Sequence record: MK310183
Length of the DNA: 64,000 nt
DNA from: Phage NC-B
Direction: 5' to 3' (one strand)
In this document: piece by piece, positions 31,656 to 40,943 of the stretch
Layout of the letters: the number at the start of each line of letters is the position of its first letter
How positions within the stretch are numbered: the stretch's first letter is position 1
Position numbers and translations under genes: made by a program
Notes under the pieces: model-generated
Told to the model about the DNA's origin: nothing
Databases searched by the model: none
What the model saw: the letters and a program-made list of their open reading frames with translations, nothing else

Positions 31656-32022
31656 CGTTTTCCTCTTTAGTTTTTATCTTATGGCAAGGCTCTTTGCATA
31701 AGACTTGAAAACCATCTTTCTCAACTAAAGCCCTCTCGATGATTTCATCCCAAGTAGCTTCATGGTCCACTGGAACAATAGGCTTTATATGGTCTACTGC
31801 TACGTCTTTAAGAGGAGAATCATTACCACACATGGCGCACTTGTAATGCATTGCCAGTTTGCCAGTTTTAGGGTTGATTTTACGTTCTGTCTGAGCCTCT
31901 TTGAGAGAATCAAACATAGGTTTCCATTTCCTAGTCAGAGAACGAATCCCTGACTTAATGAAGGAGTTATAACGTGCTTCAGTCCACTGACCAGAGCATC
32001 TTGTCTTCTCAGCTTTCGCCAT
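31618..32022 (-). CDS. HNH endonuclease
   Basis: HYKCAMCG...VDHIKP...LCKEPCHKIK HNH/zinc-finger pattern. Confidence 0.75.
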   Translation of the reverse strand: MAKAEKTRCSGQWTEARYNSFIKSGIRSLTRKWKPMFDSLKEAQTERKINPKTGKLAMHYKCAMCGNDSPLKDVAVDHIKPIVPVDHEATWDEIIERALVEKDGFQVLCKEPCHKIKTKEENDARREFKKSRDS

Positions 32023-32200
32023 AACCTACATCCATATCAGCATCTTCCCAAATGCGTTTATTGACTCGGTGTGATTCTTTATCAGCACGAGGGATACGAC
32101 CTGTGCGACGATCAAATGCTTGGTGCTTAATCTTTTGATCTTTACGAGATTCACGAGTAGAGAAGTTTTCATCATACGAACGATAGTCAAATTTACCCAT
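32009..32200 (-). CDS. hypothetical basic protein
   Basis: 63 aa ORF. Confidence 0.35.
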   Translation of the reverse strand: MGKFDYRSYDENFSTRESRKDQKIKHQAFDRRTGRIPRADKESHRVNKRIWEDADMDVGYGES

Positions 32201-32210
32201 TATAATATCC

Positions 32211-33032
32211 TTATTCCCAAGTTTTATCTAACCATGACCAATCAAAGAGGTCACCTTCAGCTTGTCCAACGAAGAGCAATCGAGCGTTTTCTAACATCTT
32301 ATCTTCTGCTTCTTCCTCGAACCTCTTATAGTATTCCATTCGTATAATATGATAAAGAGTCCACTTATCGAATACCTTCTCAATAAGTTTGATTGCAGCC
32401 TTGCTACCAATGCCTTTACGACGCATTACTAGATTGCCACCCCATATCATTTCAACCTTCTCACCACATCCGGGAATGTTATCTGTGCTATCCCCGATCA
32501 GCATCTGGTAGAAGAAGTTCTGCCATGCTACTTCCTCTGGTACATAGTGAGGAGGTACTTCTTTCTGTCTCTCCCCGCAAGCCCAACGGTAATGCCATCC
32601 GGGGGTGATTAACAAATCTTTATCACGGGTGCAAATGATAGTGTTCTTATCACGTCTCTGTCTTTCAGCTAAGGCATCATCTGCCTCTCTCCCAAAAACT
32701 TCAACGAATTCATAATTCTCTTTAATGTAATCGCTGACATTTTGCCAGTGGTGAGGTCTTTCTCCCGGTGGTCGATTAGCTTTATAACCTTGCTGCTTAG
32801 CAATATCAAACCGAAAATTACCACCTTCGCTGAAGTAAAAGATTGTTTTCTCGCAACCAGACCTTGCAATGATTACATCTATTTTATGTTGAAGTCGTTC
32901 AATCAAGAATCCATAATCAACTGGAACACGACCTGTGTCTAGAAAAGGATGCTCTTGTGTAAGAGCACCGACTTCATATCGCAGAACATCTGCATCTACA
33001 ATTGCTACTTCCGGATAGATTACATCAGACAT
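32211..33032 (-). CDS. 5'-3' exonuclease / flap endonuclease
   Basis: motifs IVDADVLRYE, GREADDALA, TRDKDLL, GDSTDNIPG; start moved to internal ATG 33032 (overlaps upstream stop by 8 nt). Confidence 0.85.
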   Translation of the reverse strand: MSDVIYPEVAIVDADVLRYEVGALTQEHPFLDTGRVPVDYGFLIERLQHKIDVIIARSGCEKTIFYFSEGGNFRFDIAKQQGYKANRPPGERPHHWQNVSDYIKENYEFVEVFGREADDALAERQRRDKNTIICTRDKDLLITPGWHYRWACGERQKEVPPHYVPEEVAWQNFFYQMLIGDSTDNIPGCGEKVEMIWGGNLVMRRKGIGSKAAIKLIEKVFDKWTLYHIIRMEYYKRFEEEAEDKMLENARLLFVGQAEGDLFDWSWLDKTWE

Positions 33033-33621
33033 AGAGACCTCTCCGTGTCCCTTCAATAATCCACTCCAAATCCTCCACTGCCTCTTCTACAGAACGGTCG
33101 TTAAAGAGGAGATAGGTTGGTAGATTTGTTCCTTCAATATAAGAACGAGAGTCCCCTTCAAAGGAGCAGCCATCTCGGAGAATCTGAACTACTCGAACAT
33201 GGAAGTGTTTCTCTAGTTCTTCAACTTCTGCTTTAAATCCACCATCAGAGAAGACGATAACATCATTCTGTGATGGGATACGTTGTTGAATATTGCTAAC
33301 AGCAAGTTTACCCATGCAGGTCTCACCAAACATGGGCTTCAGATAGTTCTCACTAGTTGCAATCATCAAGTCTCGAACTGACTTACCGTCCCATTCAGGA
33401 CGGCTATGTTCTTTCCACTCACGATCGTTGTACAGCTCCATGAACTCATAAAGAGGTAGACCTAATGCAGCAGCAGCCACTCGATACATAGGCTCCTTAA
33501 AAGCCTTTACATGCGGCCTAAACTCGGTGTTACCAAGTGTTTTCTCTAACCAAGAATTAGCGATTGTGTCTTTACCACAACCCGGTGGTCCATTCAGAAT
33601 TACTACTAATGGTTTACTCAT
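33025..33621 (-). CDS. P-loop kinase, putative (d)NMP kinase
   Basis: Walker A LNGPPGCGKDT. Confidence 0.55.
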   Translation of the reverse strand: MSKPLVVILNGPPGCGKDTIANSWLEKTLGNTEFRPHVKAFKEPMYRVAAAALGLPLYEFMELYNDREWKEHSRPEWDGKSVRDLMIATSENYLKPMFGETCMGKLAVSNIQQRIPSQNDVIVFSDGGFKAEVEELEKHFHVRVVQILRDGCSFEGDSRSYIEGTNLPTYLLFNDRSVEEAVEDLEWIIEGTRRGLYV

Positions 33622-34271
33622 TATTGAATCATCCCTTGAAGATCTTCTTTATCAAAGTGCTTCTCTACTACCGCTTCATACAGATCACGATTCTCTGAAT
33701 AACGACGATAGAAGGTTCCGTGTGAAATTCCCAACTCTTGCTGGATGTGATCATGTGGGATGCCGAGAAAGAGCATTGAGAACATGCTTGCCATCTTACG
33801 GTTTTCCATAATGTCACTCAGGTCTTGGAAGAAGAAAAAGATTCTAGATTCCAAGAACGGATCTCCAGTAGAATCATGCTTATCCATCGCAATCTCTAAA
33901 GGACTTTCCCATGAATTCATCTCAGGAGGTCTAAACATATCAGCCTCTGGAATAGAGTAGATACGTCGGTCTCCAACTGTCTGACGATTAGAACGAATCG
34001 ACCAGATGATATTCTTGACACGATAAGTCATGTGCTCAATATCTTTTTCATCAGTGAGCAGAAGTTCTTCTTGCTTTGCAAACACAAAACGCCAAGCGTT
34101 CAGTAATACTTCCTGAGCAACATCCTCTGCCTCGTGATAGTCTTTAATGTCATACATAAAATACTTATGCACAACTTTCCAGTTCTCTCGATAAAATTCA
34201 TCGAAGGTTGGATAATATTTAATAGGTATGCCATGAATACGATAGCGTGTGGGTGTTGTCTTTTTCTTCAT
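33621..34271 (-). CDS. phage-encoded sigma factor (sigma-70/ECF-like)
   Basis: region-2-like [18 protein letters not shown] and C-terminal [24 protein letters not shown]. Confidence 0.7.
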   Translation of the reverse strand: MKKKTTPTRYRIHGIPIKYYPTFDEFYRENWKVVHKYFMYDIKDYHEAEDVAQEVLLNAWRFVFAKQEELLLTDEKDIEHMTYRVKNIIWSIRSNRQTVGDRRIYSIPEADMFRPPEMNSWESPLEIAMDKHDSTGDPFLESRIFFFFQDLSDIMENRKMASMFSMLFLGIPHDHIQQELGISHGTFYRRYSENRDLYEAVVEKHFDKEDLQGMIQ

Positions 34272-34295
34272 AAGTCGTCCTTAACTTACTTTACA

Positions 34296-34520
34296 TTAAA
34301 CTACACAGAATAAATACATTGCTGTATCAGGACAAGGGATGGCTGTCTGAATGCCACTTACTTTAATCCACATATCCTCTTCAGAGTCATAATAAGCCCA
34401 ATAGGACTGATCTCCATCTACAAAGAATTTAAAGGTTCGTCCCCAAACCTGATTATTGTATTCCCATACTGCATGAAGCTGAGTAACACCTTCTGGTATT
34501 GTAAGTTCCGCTCTGATCAT
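34296..34520 (-). CDS. hypothetical protein
   Basis: 74 aa ORF; start overlaps upstream stop (ATGA). Confidence 0.45.
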   Translation of the reverse strand: MIRAELTIPEGVTQLHAVWEYNNQVWGRTFKFFVDGDQSYWAYYDSEEDMWIKVSGIQTAIPCPDTAMYLFCVV

Positions 34521-34777
34521 TGTATTCCTCTCTCCTTGAGAGCTTTAAGCAAACCGTTGTGGTTAGCGGCACAGGTTGTATAATTGTCCTGATACCACTC
34601 GAGTGTTGTTGCAAGTGCTACTCCCTGTCCACTCTGAAGTAAAGGGAGGTCTACATCACATTCAGCTTTTAGGTTTGTTGGTAAGGGCATTAGCTGCCTG
34701 CTGTTGTCGCTCGTTGAACAAGCTGACATACTCATCACTAGCACACACATTGTAAAAAACTGGCTTAGTCTTTTCAT
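34517..34777 (-). CDS. o-spanin (Rz1-like outer-membrane lipoprotein)
   Basis: signal peptide with lipobox ...VMSMSAC; Pro-rich mature part; gene overlaps i-spanin 3' end in another frame. Confidence 0.6.
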   Translation of the reverse strand: MKRLSQFFTMCVLVMSMSACSTSDNSRQLMPLPTNLKAECDVDLPLLQSGQGVALATTLEWYQDNYTTCAANHNGLLKALKERGIQ

Positions 34778-35009
34778 AATGCATCTCTTTGTAAATAGTT
34801 TCCGTGTTCTTCTTCCAGTTTGATAAACCAGTCAGAACTTTCTGAGCCACTTCATCAGCAGCCTTAGCTCTCTCAATCTCAATCTCTTGCTGTTTCTTCT
34901 CTTGGTCAAGAGCATTGCTGTCATTTCGATATTGCTCAAACTTGACACCACCAAAGAAAATCAGAGCTGTGAAGATTAAAAAACCTATATTGTTTTGAAG
35001 CTTTTCCAT
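34662..35009 (-). CDS. i-spanin (Rz-like)
   Basis: N-terminal TM (IGFLIFTALIFFGG) then coiled-coil periplasmic domain; start set to ATG 35009 (GGAG SD) because GTG 35033 lies inside the upstream terminator. Confidence 0.6.
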   Translation of the reverse strand: MEKLQNNIGFLIFTALIFFGGVKFEQYRNDSNALDQEKKQQEIEIERAKAADEVAQKVLTGLSNWKKNTETIYKEMHYEKTKPVFYNVCASDEYVSLFNERQQQAANALTNKPKS

Positions 35010-35021
35010 TTTAACTCCAAC

Positions 35022-35049
35022 GAAAAAAGCCACCCGAAGGTGGCTAAGC
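35022..35049 (-). terminator. rho-independent terminator
   Basis: minus-strand AGCCACC-UUCG-GGUGGCU then UUUUUUCG. Confidence 0.75.
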
Positions 35050-35067
35050 TATTACAAGGAGAGATTC

Positions 35068-35808
35068 TTAGAATGGAGAGTCATCCTCTTCAAAGGTTGA
35101 TTGCGGCTCTTCATTAATGGTAGGGATGCTTGGAGTAGCATCTTTCTGTTCAGTGTCAGAAGCTTTAGTAACTTCACGACCAGCCAGAGGGATATTCTTA
35201 GCATCGTTAGCTTGAGTCAAGAGGTTACGTTGGAATGGGAAGATTGCTTGATAAGCAGCTAAGTTAGCGTCAGTCTCAGCATACGGTTCGAAGAAGATCA
35301 ACTCACTACGAGGAGCACCTACCGCGTCACGATATTTAGTCGGGATTGGAGTGATGCTTTTAATGGAGTTTTTCTTCTCACCAGCTTTGTTTACATAGGA
35401 ATTAACCAGAATGTTAACAGGCTGACCTAACAGCATATCTTTAAACCAACCCAAATCACCTTTCAGTGCTTGAACACTTGGGTCGATCATTTTAATCAGA
35501 TTTAGAATACCAGAGTTCTTAGCTCGTGGATTTACATCGAAAGATTTAAACTGGCAAGCAGGACGAGGGTCCAGAGGTTTGCCTTCATTATCAGTCCCTG
35601 TTGCATCTACGCCAATCAGCTCAAAAGCTAAGTCCATACGGAAAGCTGGATTCTTAGGAGTAACTGCTTTGGTTTTAGGGTCAATCCAAGGGTCACGATT
35701 GTGAACACCCAAACCTACAACACGAACAATACGTGCTTCGTACTCACCATCAGGGATTACATTGTAGTTGGATTTACGGGATACAGACAGTTCAGGGATC
35801 ATAGACAT
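35068..35808 (-). CDS. putative single-stranded DNA-binding protein
   Basis: 246 aa; acidic C-terminal tail ending ...FEEDDSPF (SSB-like terminal Phe); first gene after AT-rich intergenic region. Confidence 0.5.
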   Translation of the reverse strand: MSMIPELSVSRKSNYNVIPDGEYEARIVRVVGLGVHNRDPWIDPKTKAVTPKNPAFRMDLAFELIGVDATGTDNEGKPLDPRPACQFKSFDVNPRAKNSGILNLIKMIDPSVQALKGDLGWFKDMLLGQPVNILVNSYVNKAGEKKNSIKSITPIPTKYRDAVGAPRSELIFFEPYAETDANLAAYQAIFPFQRNLLTQANDAKNIPLAGREVTKASDTEQKDATPSIPTINEEPQSTFEEDDSPF

Positions 35809-36141
35809 ATTAATATTTCCTTATATAGATTTAAGATTGTTGCTCTCTTTGAGCGGTTTGTATACTATATACATTACACTTATACAGATAAGGTTCTATT
35901 ATACTATAACCTTTTTGGTAGTAGATAATGACAAGTAGTAATGTATATATGGTATAGCTAGTAAAGCTATTGCAGGCTTGTATATTGGGCAATCATTGTA
36001 ACCCTTGCAAGTACCGAAGGGCAGGAGACACCTGCGAGATAAAAATAGAGAATTAAGGAAATCCTTGATTTAGGTTGAGGACTCCTAGGACTTTGATTCT
36101 CTATTAAAATCAAAAGAAAACTTAACTTAAAACAATAACTT
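35809..36141. promoter_or_regulatory. long AT-rich intergenic region, candidate promoter cluster or origin
   Basis: 333 bp non-coding; repeated TATAC/TATACT motifs; inverted repeat AGAGAAT...ATTCTCT around a CCTAGG palindrome. Confidence 0.35.
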
Positions 36142-36780
36142 CTACCATTCTAAAAGACCTTTAAAACTAGTTTGTTCTACTGTTCTCTGATAAGGTAAGT
36201 TAGATTCTGCTTGTTTGCTTAACATCTCTTGTACTTTATCAGTAATTGGATAATCTTTTTGTAATAAAGAAGCTATCCACTCTTTCCTACTTTCCAGTTC
36301 TTTTCTAATCTCTTGCAGAGACACAGCTTTGTAATCAATTTGTTCCATAGAGGTACAAAAATATCTCCAATCTTTGATAGTAGAGTTATGAGTATGAGCA
36401 TAGATATTATACTTTCCTCTCATTTCATCAGAGTGAATAGGAATATGAGTTACCCAAAATTCTTTGTATTTATAATCACCACTGATGTGTCTAAAGACTT
36501 TCATCATATCAGGGAGAAGTTCTAATCTGTCATGATTTCCTAAGACAAGATGTTTCTCTCCCTTTACTTCAGCGATAATATCAAGTGCATATTTCTCAAA
36601 CACCCAATCACCTGTAAAGAAAGTTTTATCACGTTTAGTAACATGGTCGAACGCTGCTAAGATAGCTTTGTCATGTTCTTCAATACTACTAAACTTCTTT
36701 CTAAAATTACAGATGTTACGATGGCCTAGGTGACCATCACCTGCAAAATAAACTTCAGCCATTCTCGTATGTGTCCTCAT
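36142..36780 (-). CDS. calcineurin-like metallophosphoesterase
   Basis: motifs GDGHLGHRN (GDxHG), GDWVF, LVLGNHD (GNHD). Confidence 0.75.
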   Translation of the reverse strand: MRTHTRMAEVYFAGDGHLGHRNICNFRKKFSSIEEHDKAILAAFDHVTKRDKTFFTGDWVFEKYALDIIAEVKGEKHLVLGNHDRLELLPDMMKVFRHISGDYKYKEFWVTHIPIHSDEMRGKYNIYAHTHNSTIKDWRYFCTSMEQIDYKAVSLQEIRKELESRKEWIASLLQKDYPITDKVQEMLSKQAESNLPYQRTVEQTSFKGLLEW

Positions 36781-36922
36781 AATATGAGTAGTTGAAGGAT
36801 TCAGCTTTCGTTTCAGCCTCCTCCATATCGTCTGTTTCCAGAATCACTTTCCAGCCAGAACCTTCAGGATACTCAGCCCCTTCGTCTAGCCAGACTTTAT
36901 ACCGTTTAGATAGTGCAACCAT
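36755..36922 (-). CDS. small acidic protein (paralog of 37490..37669)
   Basis: shares K(R/K)YxVW...GxGGWxxILxTDxxEEAExxAxxxNxxYYE with 37490..37669; start set to ATG 36922. Confidence 0.45.
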   Translation of the reverse strand: MVALSKRYKVWLDEGAEYPEGSGWKVILETDDMEEAETKAESFNYSYYEDTYENG

Positions 36923-37109
36923 CGCAGATATAATCTCCACTCAAGGATTCTTGTAAGAGACGAGATTGCTCATCGGCATACAAAGCATCAATTTCTTCCT
37001 TGAGCTTTGCAAGCTCTACAAAGTTGATAAGTTGCCCATAATCTGTCGCATCTGTGATAAATTGAAACAAACCTGTCGCATCATTTTTAATAATATATTC
37101 ATTAGACAT
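36906..37109 (-). CDS. hypothetical protein
   Basis: 67 aa ORF. Confidence 0.4.
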   Translation of the reverse strand: MSNEYIIKNDATGLFQFITDATDYGQLINFVELAKLKEEIDALYADEQSRLLQESLSGDYICDGCTI

Positions 37110-37333
37110 TATAGCAACTCCCTTTGTTTACTGTTGATAACAGTCATCGCTGTTACTGGGTTGTTTGTTCCAAGATATTCTAGAACAGAGACACCCTTAG
37201 TCGGTTTATCAGCCTCTATGTAATTCTTAACCTTGCCACCAAGAACCGCTAGAGAAGCCTGAGCTTCTGCTTCATCAGTATGAACTCGGTCAACTGTTTT
37301 CTTTCCAATCGTGTAAGTGTGAACGTAAATCAT
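37109..37333 (-). CDS. hypothetical protein
   Basis: 74 aa ORF. Confidence 0.4.
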   Translation of the reverse strand: MIYVHTYTIGKKTVDRVHTDEAEAQASLAVLGGKVKNYIEADKPTKGVSVLEYLGTNNPVTAMTVINSKQRELL

Positions 37334-37536
37334 TTAACTTCCTCAATATCGACTAATTCAAAACTTCCTATTTCTTCAAGTTTGATAATCTCTTTAACCT
37401 TCTCAACAGCTTTAATAGGGTTTTCTTCTTCTACAACTTTACACCCTGACACTTCAAGACTTCCTGTTCCACGAAGGTATAAATTTAACTTATAAACTAC
37501 TTTGTAGTATTTCATCGTGCTCCCAATTTCTTTCAT
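37330..37536 (-). CDS. hypothetical protein
   Basis: 68 aa ORF. Confidence 0.4.
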   Translation of the reverse strand: MKEIGSTMKYYKVVYKLNLYLRGTGSLEVSGCKVVEEENPIKAVEKVKEIIKLEEIGSFELVDIEEVK

Positions 37537-37669
37537 AATATCCAGAGTTGTAGTTTAGGGCGCATTTCTCGGCCTCTTCTATGTTGTCTGTGTTTAGGAT
37601 ATTAACCCAACCACCAACTTCATCAAAACCCTCTTCTTCTTCATTAAACCATACGCTGTATTTCTTCAT
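37490..37669 (-). CDS. small acidic protein (paralog of 36755..36922)
   Basis: start set to ATG 37669 (MKKYSVWF...). Confidence 0.45.
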   Translation of the reverse strand: MKKYSVWFNEEEEGFDEVGGWVNILNTDNIEEAEKCALNYNSGYYERNWEHDEILQSSL

Positions 37670-37841
37670 CTTGATAAGACTCTCCCCCAATCCTTGATGT
37701 AACAGCGACCGTCAACCCACTTGGTCTCTGATTTAAACTCTTTTGAGATTCGAGTCTCGCAATCTTCTTTACTGTAATCTCCAAGAGCATCCATCGCCCA
37801 AAGAAACAGAGCAATTACAATAGACCAGATTAGAAACTTCT

Positions 37842-38234
37842 TCATCGTATCACCAGAGGCTCTTCAGAGTATACAGGAGAGGCTATTTCTACCGGAGGTG
37901 CTGCTCTAAGGTCATTAAGCCTTACGCCCTTCAGCATACCATCTAGGTGGTCCATTTTAGGGATACCTACAGGGAAGTCATCAATCCAAACATCCACAAA
38001 GAAACCCAAGCTCTGGGTGACGGAATCCTTCTGAACACCGTTGCAAAAGATAACAGGAATATCTAGACTTGCTGCATCTGCTAGAAGCTCCTCATTTGAA
38101 TACCCATTGGGTTGAGCAAAACGATAGGTGACAATACGTACATCATGTCCACGAGATTTCATAAGACCTACAATGTGGGTCCACATCTCTTTGTCCACTG
38201 TAAAAGTATCATCATAATCTAAACCAATATTCAT
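37842..38234 (-). CDS. HAD-superfamily phosphatase (putative nucleotidase)
   Basis: N-terminal MNIGLDYDDTFT contains the DxDxT motif. Confidence 0.55.
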   Translation of the reverse strand: MNIGLDYDDTFTVDKEMWTHIVGLMKSRGHDVRIVTYRFAQPNGYSNEELLADAASLDIPVIFCNGVQKDSVTQSLGFFVDVWIDDFPVGIPKMDHLDGMLKGVRLNDLRAAPPVEIASPVYSEEPLVIR

Positions 38235-38244
38235 ATTAGCCTCT

Positions 38245-38272
38245 TAGACAAGAAAAGCCACCCGAAGGTAGC
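38245..38272 (-). terminator. rho-independent terminator
   Basis: minus-strand GCUACC-UUCG-GGUGGC then UUUUCUUGUC, right after stop of 38273..38518. Confidence 0.7.
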
Positions 38273-38518
38273 TTATTTATTCTGTGTTTCCAGTTCGCTG
38301 ATACGAACTTTCAAACCGTTAATCTCAGCCTGAGCAGCTTCTAGTTTAATTAGAGCTTCTTCAGCGTCAGCTTCTGTTTGAAGAACCGCAGTGGTTAGTT
38401 CGTATAAAGCTTGGCGGAGAGAGTCTTTGCCCATAGCATGAATCTGTGCAACAAAGAATTGCTTACCTTCCGTGGTTTCCAAAGTCTCTTTTAATTCTTT
38501 AGATGTTAAAGTCATCAT
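38273..38518 (-). CDS. hypothetical coiled-coil protein
   Basis: 81 aa helical protein; start shares a base with upstream stop (TAATG). Confidence 0.5.
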   Translation of the reverse strand: MMTLTSKELKETLETTEGKQFFVAQIHAMGKDSLRQALYELTTAVLQTEADAEEALIKLEAAQAEINGLKVRISELETQNK

Positions 38519-38685
38519 TACTCCCTTTCATAAATTTTAAGAACTGTACCGCCATCTGCTTCAATCTGAGCAACTACTTCATCGCGCTCTTCATCAGAAT
38601 AAACCAGTTGGTTGTGAAATTTGCCTGTACTATCTTGGAAATATACATTCCATTTTGGAGCAGGTTTACGAATCAAATCCATCAT
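38518..38685 (-). CDS. hypothetical small protein (55 aa), not in ORF track
   Basis: ATGATG start with GAGGAGA SD 7 nt upstream; stop TAA overlaps next gene start. Confidence 0.35.
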   Translation of the reverse strand: MMDLIRKPAPKWNVYFQDSTGKFHNQLVYSDEERDEVVAQIEADGGTVLKIYERE

Positions 38686-38873
38686 TGATCTTTCTCCTCT
38701 CGTTCAACCCATGTACGGAAAAGCTCCCCATACACTTTGGCATCATCAAAACGTCCTTCTTCCTGTGCGAGTTTTTGTTGCTTCAAGCACCATTCAGAAC
38801 TTTTTACTTCTTCCACTTCCTTGTCTCCTTAAAAAGAACTAATCAATAAGACTAGTTCATTTCGTAATACGAT

Positions 38874-39065
38874 TCAGCTCTTCCACGGGAGGTTGATGGT
38901 TAAATTCTTAATGGAGAAATCTTTATCAGGAAACTCTTCCATTAACTCAGCCGCTTCTTGAATAGCTTTTCTTTCTGTGTTATAGATGCAGAAATGTCCA
39001 TTACAGCAAACAATTGCATCTTTTGCTCCCGTAATGGCCCATGTTTCATGTACATGTCTAGTCAC
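38874..39065 (-). CDS. hypothetical protein
   Basis: 63 aa ORF. Confidence 0.45.
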   Translation of the reverse strand: MTRHVHETWAITGAKDAIVCCNGHFCIYNTERKAIQEAAELMEEFPDKDFSIKNLTINLPWKS

Positions 39066-39082
39066 TATTCCTCCACTACAAA

Positions 39083-40930
39083 TTAGTGAGTGTGATTCCA
39101 GTTTAACCCAATCTTACAGTCAGATGCCAGAGGGCATTCCATTTTGAGATACTCACCTGCTTTACGAACACACTCTTCAGTGAGGGTACGAAGTTTGTTA
39201 ACATCGTCACGATGTACAGTGAACTGGCCTTCATCATGCATGTCAATAACCTTCGCACAACGAACACCATCACGCTCAATCCATTTATTAAGGAATAGCA
39301 TTGCATACTTCATAACAATCGCCCCAGCGCTCTGTAAGAGAGTATTTAAGGCTTTATGAACCATAACCTTTCCAGTTGCATCTCTTCTCATTGTAATACG
39401 ACGTCCATCCACACCGTAGATGTATCCACTTTGTGCTTTCTCTGTCATACGTTCAATAAGAATTGCAATACAAGGATTCTCTGCTAAGAATCTTGCCCTC
39501 ATGACAGCTCCTTCATCAGAGCCACCGCCTACGATGCTTCCTAACTTAGCGTCACCAGCTCCGTAGTTGAATGCGTAGATAAATGTTTTAGCATTATCAC
39601 GAGTAGGAAGGCCAGCAAGTTTTTGGTTATGTGAGTGAATATCTCCTTCTAAAAGAATATCTCTGTACATAACAGCAGAAGCTAGACCGCGTTCAGCTTC
39701 TCGTTTCTTAGCCGGGTTGTTTTCTCGCTCTGCTTCAGCGAGCATCTCACGACATTCTTTAATAAGGTAGTGAGCTAGCATCCTCAGCTCAAGACCAGAG
39801 CCATCGTAACCTAAGAAGATTTCACGACCAGCAGGAACATAGAACTTATAGGCACCTACAGGTTTGTCTTTCTTGCCCGGTTTTCCCACTTCGTAGATAA
39901 TGTTAGTACCCTTTCGTACGTAACACCCATCAGGGATATGGTTGGTAATGATGAAAGGATGGTTATGACTATCGTCTGAGGAATAGTCAGATTGAAAAAG
40001 ACTGCGGCACTCGTGACCAAACAAACCGCGAGAAGGAATATTAACAACAATGCGATGTTTAAAACGAAATGTCGGAGTAGCGCAGCTATTAGCTTCGGCG
40101 GACAACTTACCATCTTTACGTTCCTTGTCGATAAGCCCGCTAATCAAACCTAGCCTGTGAGCCGCTACAACGCGTCTCTTAAGCAAACTTCCTACACCCC
40201 CTAGCTCACCCCCAAGCCCTTCTTCAAGAGTCTCCTCAAGGTTTGTAGGGGCTGTAGGCCACTTGTTTGATGTAGCCAAAGCTTTTTTGATTTCATCAAA
40301 GGTTACAGGCTTCTTCCTATTAGGGTTAAGACCTAAACCGCTGACATAAGCTTTCATATAATTGACAGTGTGATAACGGAAGTGCTTATCCAAAAACCTT
40401 CGGATATCAGCATCTATCATCTCTGCTGTCTGTTTCTCTTTAGCGTTACCTCGAATCCAAGCAGAATACCATGCAGAGTATGTACCATACTTCTTCATAG
40501 CTTTACGAATTTCAAAAGTATTCCAAGGTTTCTTAGAATAATTCCACTCTGGAGGTATAAAACCTTCATCCATCAAGGCTTCTTTAATACGTGCATCTTT
40601 TGATGGGTCAAAATCTACATACTCAACGCAAGTAAACGCCCCACCGATATCTTCTCTTTTAAGACCAACCCTATCGCAATAGAGCTGAGGCCACTTCTGT
40701 AAAGCACCTGACTTCTTAAAAGGCTTAGCATAAGTTGAACCATCCACCCGCATTTTAGGGAGGAGAGGAATCAGTTCTTTATCAATATTGACAATAATCT
40801 CTTTGAGAAGGTGAACAAACCACCGAGCGTTTCTTCTGTTGAAGTTGACTCCATGCTTCGCTTGTTTTGAGATTATATCAGCGACTGTCATCTCCGTTAT
40901 GAAAGGTAACTTATCAGGGTTATCCATCAC
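39083..40930 (-). CDS. DNA polymerase, family A (polymerase domain only)
   Basis: motif A DGSGLELRMLAHY, motif B RDNAKTFIYAFNYGAG, motif C VIDMHDE; no exonuclease motifs in this ORF. Confidence 0.85.
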   Translation of the reverse strand: MMDNPDKLPFITEMTVADIISKQAKHGVNFNRRNARWFVHLLKEIIVNIDKELIPLLPKMRVDGSTYAKPFKKSGALQKWPQLYCDRVGLKREDIGGAFTCVEYVDFDPSKDARIKEALMDEGFIPPEWNYSKKPWNTFEIRKAMKKYGTYSAWYSAWIRGNAKEKQTAEMIDADIRRFLDKHFRYHTVNYMKAYVSGLGLNPNRKKPVTFDEIKKALATSNKWPTAPTNLEETLEEGLGGELGGVGSLLKRRVVAAHRLGLISGLIDKERKDGKLSAEANSCATPTFRFKHRIVVNIPSRGLFGHECRSLFQSDYSSDDSHNHPFIITNHIPDGCYVRKGTNIIYEVGKPGKKDKPVGAYKFYVPAGREIFLGYDGSGLELRMLAHYLIKECREMLAEAERENNPAKKREAERGLASAVMYRDILLEGDIHSHNQKLAGLPTRDNAKTFIYAFNYGAGDAKLGSIVGGGSDEGAVMRARFLAENPCIAILIERMTEKAQSGYIYGVDGRRITMRRDATGKVMVHKALNTLLQSAGAIVMKYAMLFLNKWIERDGVRCAKVIDMHDEGQFTVHRDDVNKLRTLTEECVRKAGEYLKMECPLASDCKIGLNWNHTH

Positions 40931-40943
40931 CCACTCCTTATAG

